The position numbers and the translations under genes are program-made. A stretch of 56,383 bases of DNA, counting the filler, from Sphacelaria rigidula (Eukaryota): assembly GCA_964200075.2 (NCBI GenBank). It is 4 parts of 4 records of this genome, joined end to end, with 100 filler letters (N's around TTAATTAATTAA, not from the genome) between each part and the next. Parts side by side here need not be neighbours in the genome. Positions count along the whole stretch, not along the records: positions 28,245 to 42,264 come from CAXNAA020002510.1; positions 42,365 to 56,383 come from CAXNAA020002511.1; 2 more parts are not named here. One strand, written 5' to 3'. Position 1 is the stretch's first letter. The number at the start of each line of letters is the position of its first letter. The notes beneath the pieces were generated by a model. That model saw only the letters and a list, made by a program, of their open reading frames with translations. It did no database searches and had not been told where the DNA came from. Positions 35,001 through 46,600 of the stretch are shown here, in pieces.

Positions 35001-38000
35001 TAAGTCGTTTTTGTCCCTTCCGTCCGCTACTGCTTGCACAAATTCCCTGCCAAAAATGTACACCCCAGACCAACATCGAACTACCGAGCATAAACACAAT
35101 ACTAGTATATACCTCGCAAGCGAGCTCCACGGATGAGCGCCGCCGTAGCTCTCCAGAGAGCGCAGCGTCGCGCAACTCCCCAGAGGACTCCGCGCCGCCG
35201 CCACCCGCCGTCGCCGGCGATGCCCCGCTGATGGACACTCCAGGCAGCGCAGCCGCAGCGTCCAAGGCGTTACCGCTGCACCCGGCCGACGGCTCCCCTG
35301 CCGGGGACGGGGCAAGGATATCATCGAAGCCACCGCTGCCACCGCCGGATCAGTCCGTGGACGAAGCGAAGTTCCGGTCATCCGCGAAGAGCGCTTATCC
35401 CACGGGCACGACGTCGACGTCGGGGTGGAAGCGACCGGGATCGACCCTCGAAAATGGTGCGCTCGTCATCGGCGGCGAGGGGGCGTCTGGGGAATTCCGG
35501 CTGGAGAGGCCACGCGCGCACCTAGGCCGATGGCCGTGCTTGCCGCCAGAGGCGGAACAGCCCCCGGACGCATCGACTCCCGCGATCGGAGTGAATAAGG
35601 TAGAGGATGTAAAGGTAGTGGGTGGGGAGAACTTGATGGTGAAGGCCGGCGCCCCGCAATTGGGAGACTTCCAGCCGGAAAGACCGCCAGCGCATTTGGG
35701 TCGGTGGCCCGAGGTTATACCGGAAGCCCCGACGGACTGCGTTTGTGAGCGACGGAAGAGTGGGGAGGTCGAGGGGAGGGTAGGGTCGTCCGATAGGACG
35801 GTGCCGCCGAGCTTGCCGCATTCGGGTATGTCGTCTGCGCATGCGGGTGGGGCGGGGCATGCCGGCCGTGGGGTTCAGTCTCCGCTGGCGTTTGCGCCTC
35901 CGTCGAGGCCTTGGGCGGCGGGAAACAGCCACAATTGTGGCCACCGCAACAAGCCTGCGTTTGGGTTCGAAAGCGAGGATGATACGAGCACGGTGGACCT
36001 GGGGGAACAAAAGGAGGGCGGCGGTGGCGGCGATAGTAGCAAGGCTTTGAACAGTGCGGGCAGTAGCGTCGGCAGCGGTTGGGGAGGGTCGCGGAATCAG
36101 AGCAAAAATACCGTGGCCGCGTCCTTCTCTATGGCAGGGGGCTGGAGTACCTCGGTAATGCAGGCTTACCCACGCGCCGGGCGGCGTGGAATCGAGAACC
36201 CTAGCCCCGATGGCGAAAGGTTGTTGACGCCGCGGTCGCCTAGCACGCCCTCGGCAAGGCCGTTATCGTCGGTGGGCAGCGCGAGTCCGGCCGCGTCTGA
36301 GAGCTCGACGCTGTCGGGGAGGCCGCTGTCGACAGAGAAGCAACAGTTTCTCGTGAAGGTAGGTTTGGATTTCGTTGTTGGTGTTTTATGTGACGAACAT
36401 GCTGAACAGACGACGGGTTGTCTACCCGTCCTCCATGCTGTTGGCGACACCCTAAATACTGCCCACTGCCAGAAGTAGGATACGTGCCCGATTCCCGCGA
36501 CCGATTGTTGCATTTGAACCCAACGTCAGATACTCGAAAAATCCACTTGAAGAGAGAGAGGAGAGAGAGAGCACACCACCATGGATGATGACATATGAAT
36601 TGAATACTAATGATAGACAACAAAATATGTCGCTCGTCTAGTACAGGCGGTGGGTAATTATTTGTCATTAATGTTGACAAAACAACAAGCTGCATGCACA
36701 GGCAACTCATTATTTGTCGTCATTTCAAATTGCCAGTAGGTTCATCTCCTTGAAAGGGGAGTAGAGTGGAATGGTGTAAGCGTACTTGGCTGAAAGAAAA
36801 ACGTGTCGATCAGAGACGTGAGTCGGTCACGATGATCCTGTAGTTCTCGCCGGAAGGGCTACCACCCAACGGATAAAATGCACGTATACTGGAGATAACC
36901 GGCTAATGATCCTTTAGAGTCCCTATCGATAGGTTCGGCTGACATTTCGATATCGAACCATCGCATCCTGTGTATTGTCATCCCATTTATCCTGGACGCT
37001 GGTCTATACCGTTAGGTATATGCGGGCGCATCAGCCGGGGTCACACGTGAGGAAAACCAACCTATTTTTTTCGTTTTCTTTTGTTTTTAGTACTCCACCT
37101 TCCTTCTGCGGTGCTTGTCTTCTTTTTTTTATCGCGAGAGAGGTCCACCAGTCCCTTTCCCCCGTCGACCGTGAAGTCGATTTTTTGTGCACCCACGACA
37201 TGGTCGCTCTCCACTGTTGGGCATGGTGTGAGAAAAATCCCAGATTATGTGACAGATGCGAACTCACGATCCAGCCGTCAGAAGGATTCGAGGTTACCGA
37301 CTGAGCCACGGGGGCGACTGGTAGGAGCTTGATATGGTTCCAAGGGAGTCGGGTCCAGCATTTCCGCCACGCCCCCGTGGCTTGAAATAAAATGTTGATA
37401 ACAGCCAGTAGATGCGAAGGGTTGCGGGTCCCAAACCCGACATACACATTTTCTCTGGAGATAATCTGCCCCATGTCATCGAATGCGTGGGGATTCGCGT
37501 AGCGATGATGATTCGTATTAAGGGGCGGGTGTATTAATTCACTCCTTGATGACATAATGTAAGACAGATGGGGAAGGGGAGAAAGATGAGTACCCCTTCA
37601 GACCGCGGGCTTGTTCCCGAGATGGAGGATGGGCTGCACGTGTCATGAATAAATAAAAACAAGCATGAGAAAACTCGTGAAAATTTTACATGGTCACATT
37701 ATATACCATACCACTGTTGACGACGAGTACCAAAATACAAATCCTCTCTTTTTGGCTGTTGACAACGCAGATGCACTTGTTGGAGGCGTCTGGTTACACG
37801 GGGAGCTCTTCGGTAAACTCTAGCAGATCTATGGTACCGGACAGTAATAGATCTTTGGCAGCAGATCCAGATCTTTCAGAGAGGAACAGCTCGCGGGGCG
37901 GGCGGTGGCTGTACGTGGATTGGTTGGAGTGGATGGGAGACATCATGAATGCACCTGCCGGTCGCATTTGCTGTCCCAGCTTTGGATGCGGGTGAGTGCC

Positions 38001-41000
38001 ATTATGGAGTACGACGGTAACGAGGAGTGGCATATAATCCTCGCTTGCAAGTGTTCGTTTTCTGTTTGTTTCGTGTAGGTGAAACGTCTTTTTATACGTA
38101 CATGTTATTCGGGTTTCTTGTTTTTTTTCAAATTCTACAGCCACCCAACTCTTCGAGCGCGCGCGCCCCATAGGGCTTTCTGTTCCGAGAATACGGTATG
38201 ACACTCCCGCGGATATTTGTAGTATGACCATTACACGCGTCCGTGTCCCGTTTACGGCCCTCAGACTCTAACTTAGAAATCACAAGCGAAGTTTTCTTTT
38301 GCATCATGGCAATCTTGAAATCGAAAATCATGGCGGAGCGCGGAAAGGTGGACTTTTTAGGCGTCTCCATCTCACAGCATGCACGGGTCTCGCAGTTGTA
38401 TCGCCAAAGTGTCAAGTCAACACAGGGCCCTCACTCGCAACACCTCCGTACTCTGTGCTGTACTAGGTCTATCGACTATGACACGGATATGTGCGAGGCA
38501 ACAATCCGGTAGGCCGATACTCCCTGTTTCCATGCAGGTATTGTGTCTTCCCTCAAAGTTATTTTGAACCCCCCTCAATAGCCAAGCCGACGAAACGAAC
38601 GATTGGACGCTGTTAGTGTCAAAATTTGACCTCCTTTTATCTCCCTGAACATTTGGCCACTGTCAGCCCAGGTAGATGGATGCCACATGACCGAGAGCGG
38701 GTGACAAGTGAAATGCAAAATTAGAAGTTTCAGCAAATTCGTGCACAGAAGCCTTTTACCGCGGCTGAGAGAAGAGGATGTATTTTTTTTATTTCATCTT
38801 GTGGGGCGAGAAGAACACGCACTTCGCCTATTTTGGGTGTCGAAAGATCGTGCAAAAAAGCCGCAATTACCTCTTACAACTGAAACAAGAACGTTGTATG
38901 AAAAAATTTCCTCAACGACGGAAGCCAGGTTTTGCCAAAAAAAAGAGTGCCACAGGTCATGCCGGAATTTGAATTCGTTATGTCTGTAACCAGAGTCTCC
39001 TTCATCGGTTAGATCAGACTACCGGGGTACAGCGTTGTAACATAAGCAGATGCACGCGCAGCGCAAGTTTTGGAGTTTTGAGCCCAAAGTTTACAGAGAT
39101 GTTATGCGCGCAAGTTAGATTTTTTTACCGAAGTAACCCCGTTTTTTTGTTTCGTTCTCGTGTTCTTTGGTTCTTGGAGTTGGGAGATACGGCAGCTATC
39201 TAGTTTTTGCTAGAACTTCAAATTGCTCTAAGTCTTGTCATGTTGTCTCTTCCATCACGAGTCAGCTTTCATGGTATTAGTAGTAGTATTAATAGTCCCG
39301 AACCCGGTGAGGAAAAGCTGCGCCCATGCACCGTCCGACTCAGTTGTCGGTGCGTTTTCAAAGAGTTGAACGTATGTGTTCGCGCTCCTGGCCTCCCTCC
39401 ACCCCCATTTTACTTCGTGGTACCATACCCGATGGGCGGAGAATTCGATGCACTTTCATTACTCAAAAATGCCCCACGTGTGACAACGACGAAACTACAC
39501 AACTGGCCAGGGTGGAGCTGGGAAACTGGTCTTGGGAGCGAAATACGGAGCCAATGCGCGCACCGACCGGCCCGCCAGTGATCATGATGGACAAAAATAC
39601 TGTCAAGGCGACGAGGTGTGTGCCGATGCTCTCAATGTCCCTGGGTGGCACAACTAGTCACCTCGTATCATAGTTCAACAAGCGTCATACCAACAACTTT
39701 GTGGCGGGCTTTTCTGCCTCAGTGACGAAGCAGAATCTCCGAGTTTGGCTGTGGTTTGCTAATCGGGGCAGGTGATGTTTGTTACTTTGGGTCTCGTGTA
39801 CAGGGTGGTTCACGCTTGTCAACCTGAAAACACTCATCCGCAAAAATTCACGCCGCTTTCAGGCGTTGGACCCTGAAACTTTGCACAATTTTTCTATGGG
39901 CCATTATGCAACTTTTGAAAGTCGACTTTTTTTTTCACCTCTCTAGTTTTTCACCGTTTTGCAAGAAACCTAGGGTTTGGGTGGAAACTTGTATCCCGTC
40001 GGACCTGCGCAAAACGGTATGTTTTGTTCTAGATTAAATGAAGAAAACCTCGTCCATCGAAAGTTGCGTAGTGATCCACAGCACATTTGTGCAAAGTTTC
40101 AGGGTTTTGACTCCTAAAACGGCGTGGATGTTGGACCGGTTGTGCGGATGACATGAGCTTGGAACGTAAAAACTCTTGAATATGTGGTTTTAGTTTAAAA
40201 TGTCTGTTTTTGGTGTAGGTTACATCAAGGCGACAAAACTTGATGAGGTTTTTGACTTTCTCGACCAAATATTGCACATTGGTTGCTTGGACTACCCCGT
40301 GACGCATCATTTTATTTTGTCATCTTGAAGTATTTTATACCCGCCCTCTGAGGGTTCTTCACCCTAGGACCCCCGGAAGCCGCTAGAAAACTCAGAAAAA
40401 TTGAAACAATGTCAAGAATACAATTTTTCCATTCAGAGCATCAACACCTACGGCCTGAGCTATTCTACGACAGATGTGGAGGAAATTGTCACGAGGCTTC
40501 CCGAGTCTTGCGGGCGTATCATCAGGGGAAAGTAGACGACGCCAAAACCCCACATCACCGACACACCATAGATTCGGGTATTATTCGACCCCTTAGTAAA
40601 CGCTTTCAGATCTGCTTTTTCCGTTAGACTCTCAAGCTTATGGCGATTACTACGGTTTGAAGTATTTGGAGAGTGGGTGAGAATTGGGCTTGGAATTAAT
40701 ATTTTGATATCAGAACAGTTTGGAGGGCGCTGATTGGTCGAGGTACCTTTTCGCCCTTAGCGCCGCCACTATGGCCTTGAACACAAATCCGACCTTTCAC
40801 ACTCTTCAGCTGTCCGTGCCGGTCAGTATGATATCATGTATGTGACTATTGGCTAGGTATTGCGAAAGATATTTGCTGATGACATAATTTTGGGTGATGG
40901 ACGTGAAGCAGACTTTCGTGTGCGGATGTAATGAGAGCCATATGCTAGGCATGAGATGCCCAACATCCGCACGAACATATCAACATATGTTCACCTGTCA

Positions 41001-41816
41001 CTGGTTACAGTGTGGAGCGATTAGAGCGGTCAGTCCAACCAGCCAAGAGGGCCACACCTCCACGCGCAGCACGAGAAATCTAAATCTAAGCCCTCACACG
41101 AGTAGTTTGCACTCGACCAGACTCTCTCAGCTCCCTAGGGTATCTGACTTGAAGAAATGATGCTGCGGGTTACGGCTCCTATAATACTACCCTAAAATAG
41201 TACAGTACACTGTCGAAGCCGACCCATAACGCTTCCTCTTCATGTCATGGTTCGCTCAGCTGTGTCTGTGCCATACGTCAGTATGCACGGTTATGTACAC
41301 TTGTGATCGTGTTGGACTTTTGAACCCTTCCCCTTCCCGCACGCTTGCGTCACCAACCCCCGTCCTACTGCTGCTGGTTGTGTCACCCTTTTGTAACAAC
41401 GCAGCTCCATACTCTCACACTACGATAATCGCAACAGCGTGAGCCGAGATAACACGCCCAGGAGCTCCCCGACATCCAAGAAGGTAGCGGCACCCAGTAA
41501 AATGTCGCCGTCCGAGCTTGCGCTTTTGGGTAGCGGCGGCAGTGGCGGAGCTTCGAGCAGACGACCGTCTGGAATTTTGGAGAGCAAGCTGGCTGAGTTT
41601 GCTGCACAGCAGGCCCAAGCTCACAGTCAAAAGCACCAGCTGCAGCAAGCGCCGGGGTCTTGTCGAGGATCGCCACCGTCTCCCATCATCAATGTTGAGG
41701 ACAGCAGCATGATCGAGATGCCCTCTTCTCATTCCAAACAATCGCCTGTGCCATCGCCCGACCAAGAGGTTGTACTAAGGGTCCAGAGAGGAGCACAGCC
41801 AACTTACCCTGGCTAG
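29031..41816 (+). CDS. Dual-specificity protein phosphatase, YVH1/DUSP12-like, 5'-partial; exons 29031-29654, 34523-34660, 35069-36358, 37771-37991, 39511-39615, 41438-41816 (918 aa visible)
   Basis: First visible exon starts VRRARPVASVNRGFEQQLRAY, the DSP C-terminal motif. Later exons give YACRSCGSFLF, WLYVDWLEWMGDIMNAPAGRICCPSFGC and GVELGNWSW, resembling the DUSP12 zinc-binding domain. GT-AG junctions are phase-consistent (0,0,0,2,2), total 2757 nt. The catalytic HCxxGxxRS exon was not found; the acceptor at 35069 is the least certain. Confidence 0.8.
30450..31030 (+). mobile_element. Probable hAT transposase C-terminal remnant; related inverted copy at ~26450-26830
   Basis: ELEVDEYF...ISPL*Y...SYEAGTE pattern loosely resembles the hAT dimerisation domain. 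Nucleotide similarity between 30925-31030 and the reverse complement of ~26555-26660. Confidence 0.45.
31799..31993. mobile_element. Inverted tandem pair of ~95-bp piggyBac-type MITEs sharing a TTAA
   Basis: Element 31896-31993: TTAA|CCCTTAGACCGCGAG ... CTCGCGGTCTAACGG|TTAA. A diverged copy in opposite orientation lies at 31799-31891. Confidence 0.75.
32770..33117 (-). mobile_element. tRNA-derived SINE, second copy; 3' fragments also at ~13955-14022 and ~20240-20315
   Basis: Minus-strand TGGCTCAGTTGG (A box) and GGTTCGAAC (B box); shared GGGCGCCAGTCTACCCCTTTCGGGATAT-like tail in the other fragments. Confidence 0.7.
36975..37319 (-). mobile_element. tRNA-derived SINE in DSP intron
   Basis: Minus-strand head GTCGCCCCCGTGGCTCAGTCGGTAAC...GTGAGTTCGCATC with A-box and B-box-like motifs; body homologous to 32770-33117. 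Confidence 0.7.
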
Positions 41817-42264
41817 ATATGCCCCATGTATCCCCCGCAATCATTATACATGTGGGATGTCAACATGCGTTCTGCACCAGTGTACCCCGCTTTTGCTGCC
41901 TGTATTTCGTCTCCCCATGTCGCGCTTCTCGCGTGTGCTTGGCTGGATGAATGGATGAAGGAGGGCCCCCCCCGTATCCCCCCTCTCTCCGATCCTCGTG
42001 ATGTGTTCATGTGTGTGGTGGGTGTTTTGTGTTGTATGTTGTGCTGTGGGTGTTTTCGCCGTTGCAGTCACCGTTGTGTCGGGGCGTGATGTACTTGTTT
42101 CTGCGTGAAAAATGAGACGTGAGTGTCTTTTAGGTAATGGGTGGAATATAGTGAGCTGGGAGGGAAGGGGGGGGGGGGGCAAGGAGTGGGTTCGGTAGGT
42201 GGGACCCAAACCAATTCATCAGGGCGGTTGTGGAAAAGAAAGAAAATTTGGGGGAAAAGATTTT

Positions 42265-42364
42265 NNNNNNNNNNNNNNNNNNNNNNNNNNNNNNNNNNNN
42301 NNNNNNNNTTAATTAATTAANNNNNNNNNNNNNNNNNNNNNNNNNNNNNNNNNNNNNNNNNNNN
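42265..42364. other. Artificial contig spacer
   Basis: Identical 100-nt linker. Confidence 0.97.
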
Positions 42365-43608
42365 TGCCCTATGCACTGTCCATACCTCATTTGAGGGTCC
42401 AACTCTAAATGTATGAAAGAGCATGGGCCTATCGAAAACCGGGTCGGTAGAAATTCGGAGCAGTATTTCGCAGGCTACTCACCGGCTCAAGTTTGGTTTT
42501 CGTGAATTGAAATTTGGCATGGGCGCTCTCTAAGGCATATTCAACAAGAAAAAATGGGTCAGGTTGATTTTTTTCAATTTTTTTCACTGGTTTAGGGCCG
42601 TTCTACTACGGTGAAGACCATTTTTTCAAAAAAACGCCCTAACCTCTATTAAAAAAAAAATGGGAGGTCCTTTTTTTTTTTTTTGCACTCTTTTTTTGTT
42701 TCTCCACACTAAAATTCTTCTCCATCCGCTAAATACATCGATCGGGAGTTCCATAGAGATTTTAGTATTGGCAAGGTATTGGCGCTATCTCCCTTTGGTA
42801 TAGGAATTACTAGACATGGGGTTTTATCAACGAGAGAATACGGGCTCAAACTTTTGAGCAGATGGGCACCTTCCCCTTGATTAGAAGATTAATACGACAT
42901 GCGGATCACGGCCCAACTCGTCTGCGTCGATGAGATATTGCTTTTAGAGCTTAAATCCGTTTTTAGGCTGGCCCAGCTCGTACAAAGGCGTGCGGCCGTC
43001 GAGCGAATTTACCCTGGCAATCCAAGAATAACGAGCTAAAGTAGACGTACGGGAACAAGACGTCGGGAAAGATATTTTTCATGACATCGTCATCACGAAG
43101 CAGCACACCACGCCACAAACACCAAGACAAGACCGTAACATGGCGCTTTGGTCACCTTATGGAGCTCTTCCTTGTACCGTGATGGATCAAGCTCCTGATA
43201 TAATGGTAACGTACGGCACAAAGGGGCCACACGGAAAGCACAGCCAGGAAAGGCTTCAGCATGAGTATGCTACTGCAAAAACAAATTAGCAGCTTTGATC
43301 AGCAACAGTAATAATGATGAGAATCGACAGTGATGATCTCGACCTACATCCAAGCACACCAGTTTGGACATTCACAAGGAGGGAAGGCAGCAACAGAACC
43401 CCCCACGGTACCGCTGACCATTTTCAGGACACGAAGTGATGCGAGCCGTAAGGCAGGCCAGGGTCCAACTCGCCGACTCGTGAGGTGAGTAAACTGAGGG
43501 CATCGCGGTTGTGATGGACTCATGTAGTTGGACATGATCATCGACGAGTCTAGAGGCACAGTGTTAGTTGCCCTGGTTTTCTCCGTCAAACCGACACGTT
43601 TCACACAC

Positions 43609-46600
43609 CTTCCTGTCCAGAGCCTCCCTCATCTTGGCGCGGTGATACTTCGCCACGAAGGGGTCACGGTAGTGTCTCAGCTTGAATCCCACCACGTCCG
43701 GCACGCTCTCCTGCTTGAAGTTTCCCACCAGTCGCAGCAGCCCTCGGTGCGACGCCTTTTCATGCAGAGCTGCCTCCAGTGCGTCCAGGGTGAGGTCAAG
43801 CGACCTGTTGTATTTTTTGGATTGGAGTAGTGCGTTCAGCAGTCAGGCGTTCGTTAGACCTGCGGTCGAATGAGCCGAGGGGCACCCCGTCGCCGATGCC
43901 GCAGTGGACTTACTACAAACTACCAATACCCAGACCTAACGAGCGCTATCCGATAACGTACGCTTCGGCGCCACTGTGTTTTGTCGATGACGGCTGTGGC
44001 GTAACAAGTGAAAGCTCCATGTCTAGGGTTATGTATTGTATAGGCGCAGATGAATACATTTGATAATATTGTTCCATGTGTCTTGTGTCGAACATCGAAA
44101 TATCGCTCAGAGTGTTACACAGTTTGGGCCAACTTCGATGAGATATGAAGCACAAGCGTTCCACGTTTTCAGCCTACGGCCGCCTGCTCGCTGCGCTCGC
44201 CGTTTTTTTTGCGATATACCGGCTTCATCGATCTCCGATAATTTCCTTGTGTTATTTACAGGTACCGATACACAGCCTCATTGATATCAGCTTTGTACCC
44301 TAGCTCAGAGATCGCCCCCGATGGAAGACGGTATGCTGTGATGAATATTCAACTTCACACCCGTACCATGGTTGACTGAAACACCATTACCATCAGCGCA
44401 GCCATATTTGATCCACGCCTCACATATGTGCGTTGCACCACTACAGTAACTCGAATTAACTTCAGCGTAGACTCTGCAGTGCCACTTGGGCCTACAGCAA
44501 ACATCATTGTGAAAGTGCATCACAGCCGCCATGAGCTAATCATGGCAAAAAAATCTGTATTTGTACAGGCAAAAGAGATGCTCATCTCAGCAGATAGATG
44601 AGTCAGTCACCTGTTAGGGTCGAGATCAAAGTAGCCGATAAGCCGGCGCATGTTCTCTTCCGATTCTGCGGCGTTCTGGTCCTTGACGCCTCCCAGCAGA
44701 ACAACTAGCTTGGCGAAACCCTCCGTTTCTTCCCGCTGCAAGTTGAATCGGTGCTGCTTGTACACTAGCTCCGTGTTTTTCTAATTAAGATGAAAGGGGA
44801 AAGGGTCAGGAAAACAGAATACGGGAGAAGCCAGGAATTCGGGAAGTAACGAAAACAGATTCAACCAAAGAACCTGGGGTTTCGCAGGAAAAATACAACA
44901 TGAACGGTACAAAAGCGTATTAACGGGCTAAAAAAAACGACGATCGACAGATAAATAGATAGATGTATTTCGGCTTCACCCCGGCTACATCTCACCAACA
45001 TGCACCACACTTTGGGTAATTGCGCTGATCAGTGTTGACAACTAAACATCACGTCGCAATGCCTTACGTCGTGCACTCGACTCTTGCCTTGGACCCTTGG
45101 ACCCAGCGGTTGGACAGAGCTTCCGAGTTGTGCAAGCTTGCGATGAAGTACGGTACACAACGTTGACTCCTGCGGGCAGCCACTAGCCCAATTGCCCCGA
45201 CACTTGCGTGCAGCACAGTATACAATTTAGCTTCAATGACTCCAACGCACAGCTCCACCACATTTCGCAGTAAATCGAAGCTGCCCTGTCCGAACGCTTC
45301 GAGTCTCAGACGGGCTTACCTTGAGCAACATCTTGCGCAGTACGGTGCTTTTCTTGCCTGCCCTCACCACCGGAGGATCGATAATTCTCGCCCCCACCAG
45401 TAACTCCTCCTAGATGATGATGATGCGACAGCAGCAACAGCAGGGAATTGTCCGTTAATACTACGATTATAAGACTGCAACGGCAAAGCCAGCAACGGGG
45501 GTATCAACACTGGAGAAAGGAACCAAGGCAAACAAACAGAGAAGATAGTGTACCCGTATGGCGTGATATAATGGGACAGAATGTCGTACAGTACATCAAT
45601 GTCCACCGTTGGTGTAACAACACGAGGGGCAGGGATGGGCAGTGTTGCGCCAAAATAAAATAAAAGTCTCATGTGTGCCGATTTTCGCATGCAAGATCAT
45701 GCGCAAAGTAGGTGTACTTCACACGAACGACGTGCCCCGGAAGGAGGACCTACGGCCCAACACGCGGCATATCTGAAAAGCTGTGTTCAAGGTTGGATCG
45801 TCGGCACAAGTTGCAGGCTGAGAACGTGATTATGTCCCGCGTTCGATGGAGTGCACGATATTGCTCGGTATGGGTGCCTTACGAGCCCCATCGTACGACG
45901 ATAGGCGGCGACCACGCTTCGCGTTCCAGCGCATCACCACGCCTGGGGCGTCGTATACAGAGTGTGCAATTTGCCTGAAAAACAAGCATCTCAATTGCTT
46001 TCGAAGAAGACGAGAACGGCACGATTGTTTGCATCCACGTCTGGCCGGGCAGCTGATGGCCTTGAAATTTGAAAACTTCGTCATGACCACCATAAAATGC
46101 AGTATAGTACGCTGATACAATGAACGGTCTAGAGGCATTACTTGTACCGTAATACTGCGTGACCGCATCTGATATGCGGCGTAGCCAGGGCGTAACCGCA
46201 TCTAATGGATATTTCGATACTTTCCTACGGTAAACTCCGAATTTCCAGTGCAACTTTGCTTGTTGATTTTCGCCTACGACTCCGCGTTCCATCACGAAAC
46301 TTTGCACACTTGTCCAAGGGTCGGACAAAAAATGATTCGTCTGGAAATGACTTGGTTTTAGTATGATGAGTCGACTCGTGACGAATCAATCCCTAGGCTT
46401 CATTTCAGCGTTGCAACCCAGGTACACGCAGCCCAGACACGTGGAATGGCGCAAAAGTTGCGTGGATACCCCTTGGACCAGCGATCAAACCCTAACCCTG
46501 ACCTTTTTTCTCCATTTGGGGCAATCAGGCCCAAGAAATCGTGAATTTGGTGATTTTGAGTCGTGATTATTTGTCCTAACCGTGCACTTGTCGGACAAAA

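Noticed and set aside
37255-37319. tRNA gene
   Set aside because: A/B boxes are present but there is no complete cloverleaf, and it is attached to a repeated SINE body.
43428-43484. Plus-strand exon-like segment (TTTTCAG...GTGAGT) antisense to THOC2
   Set aside because: No partner exons or recognisable product; may be chance splice-like signals.
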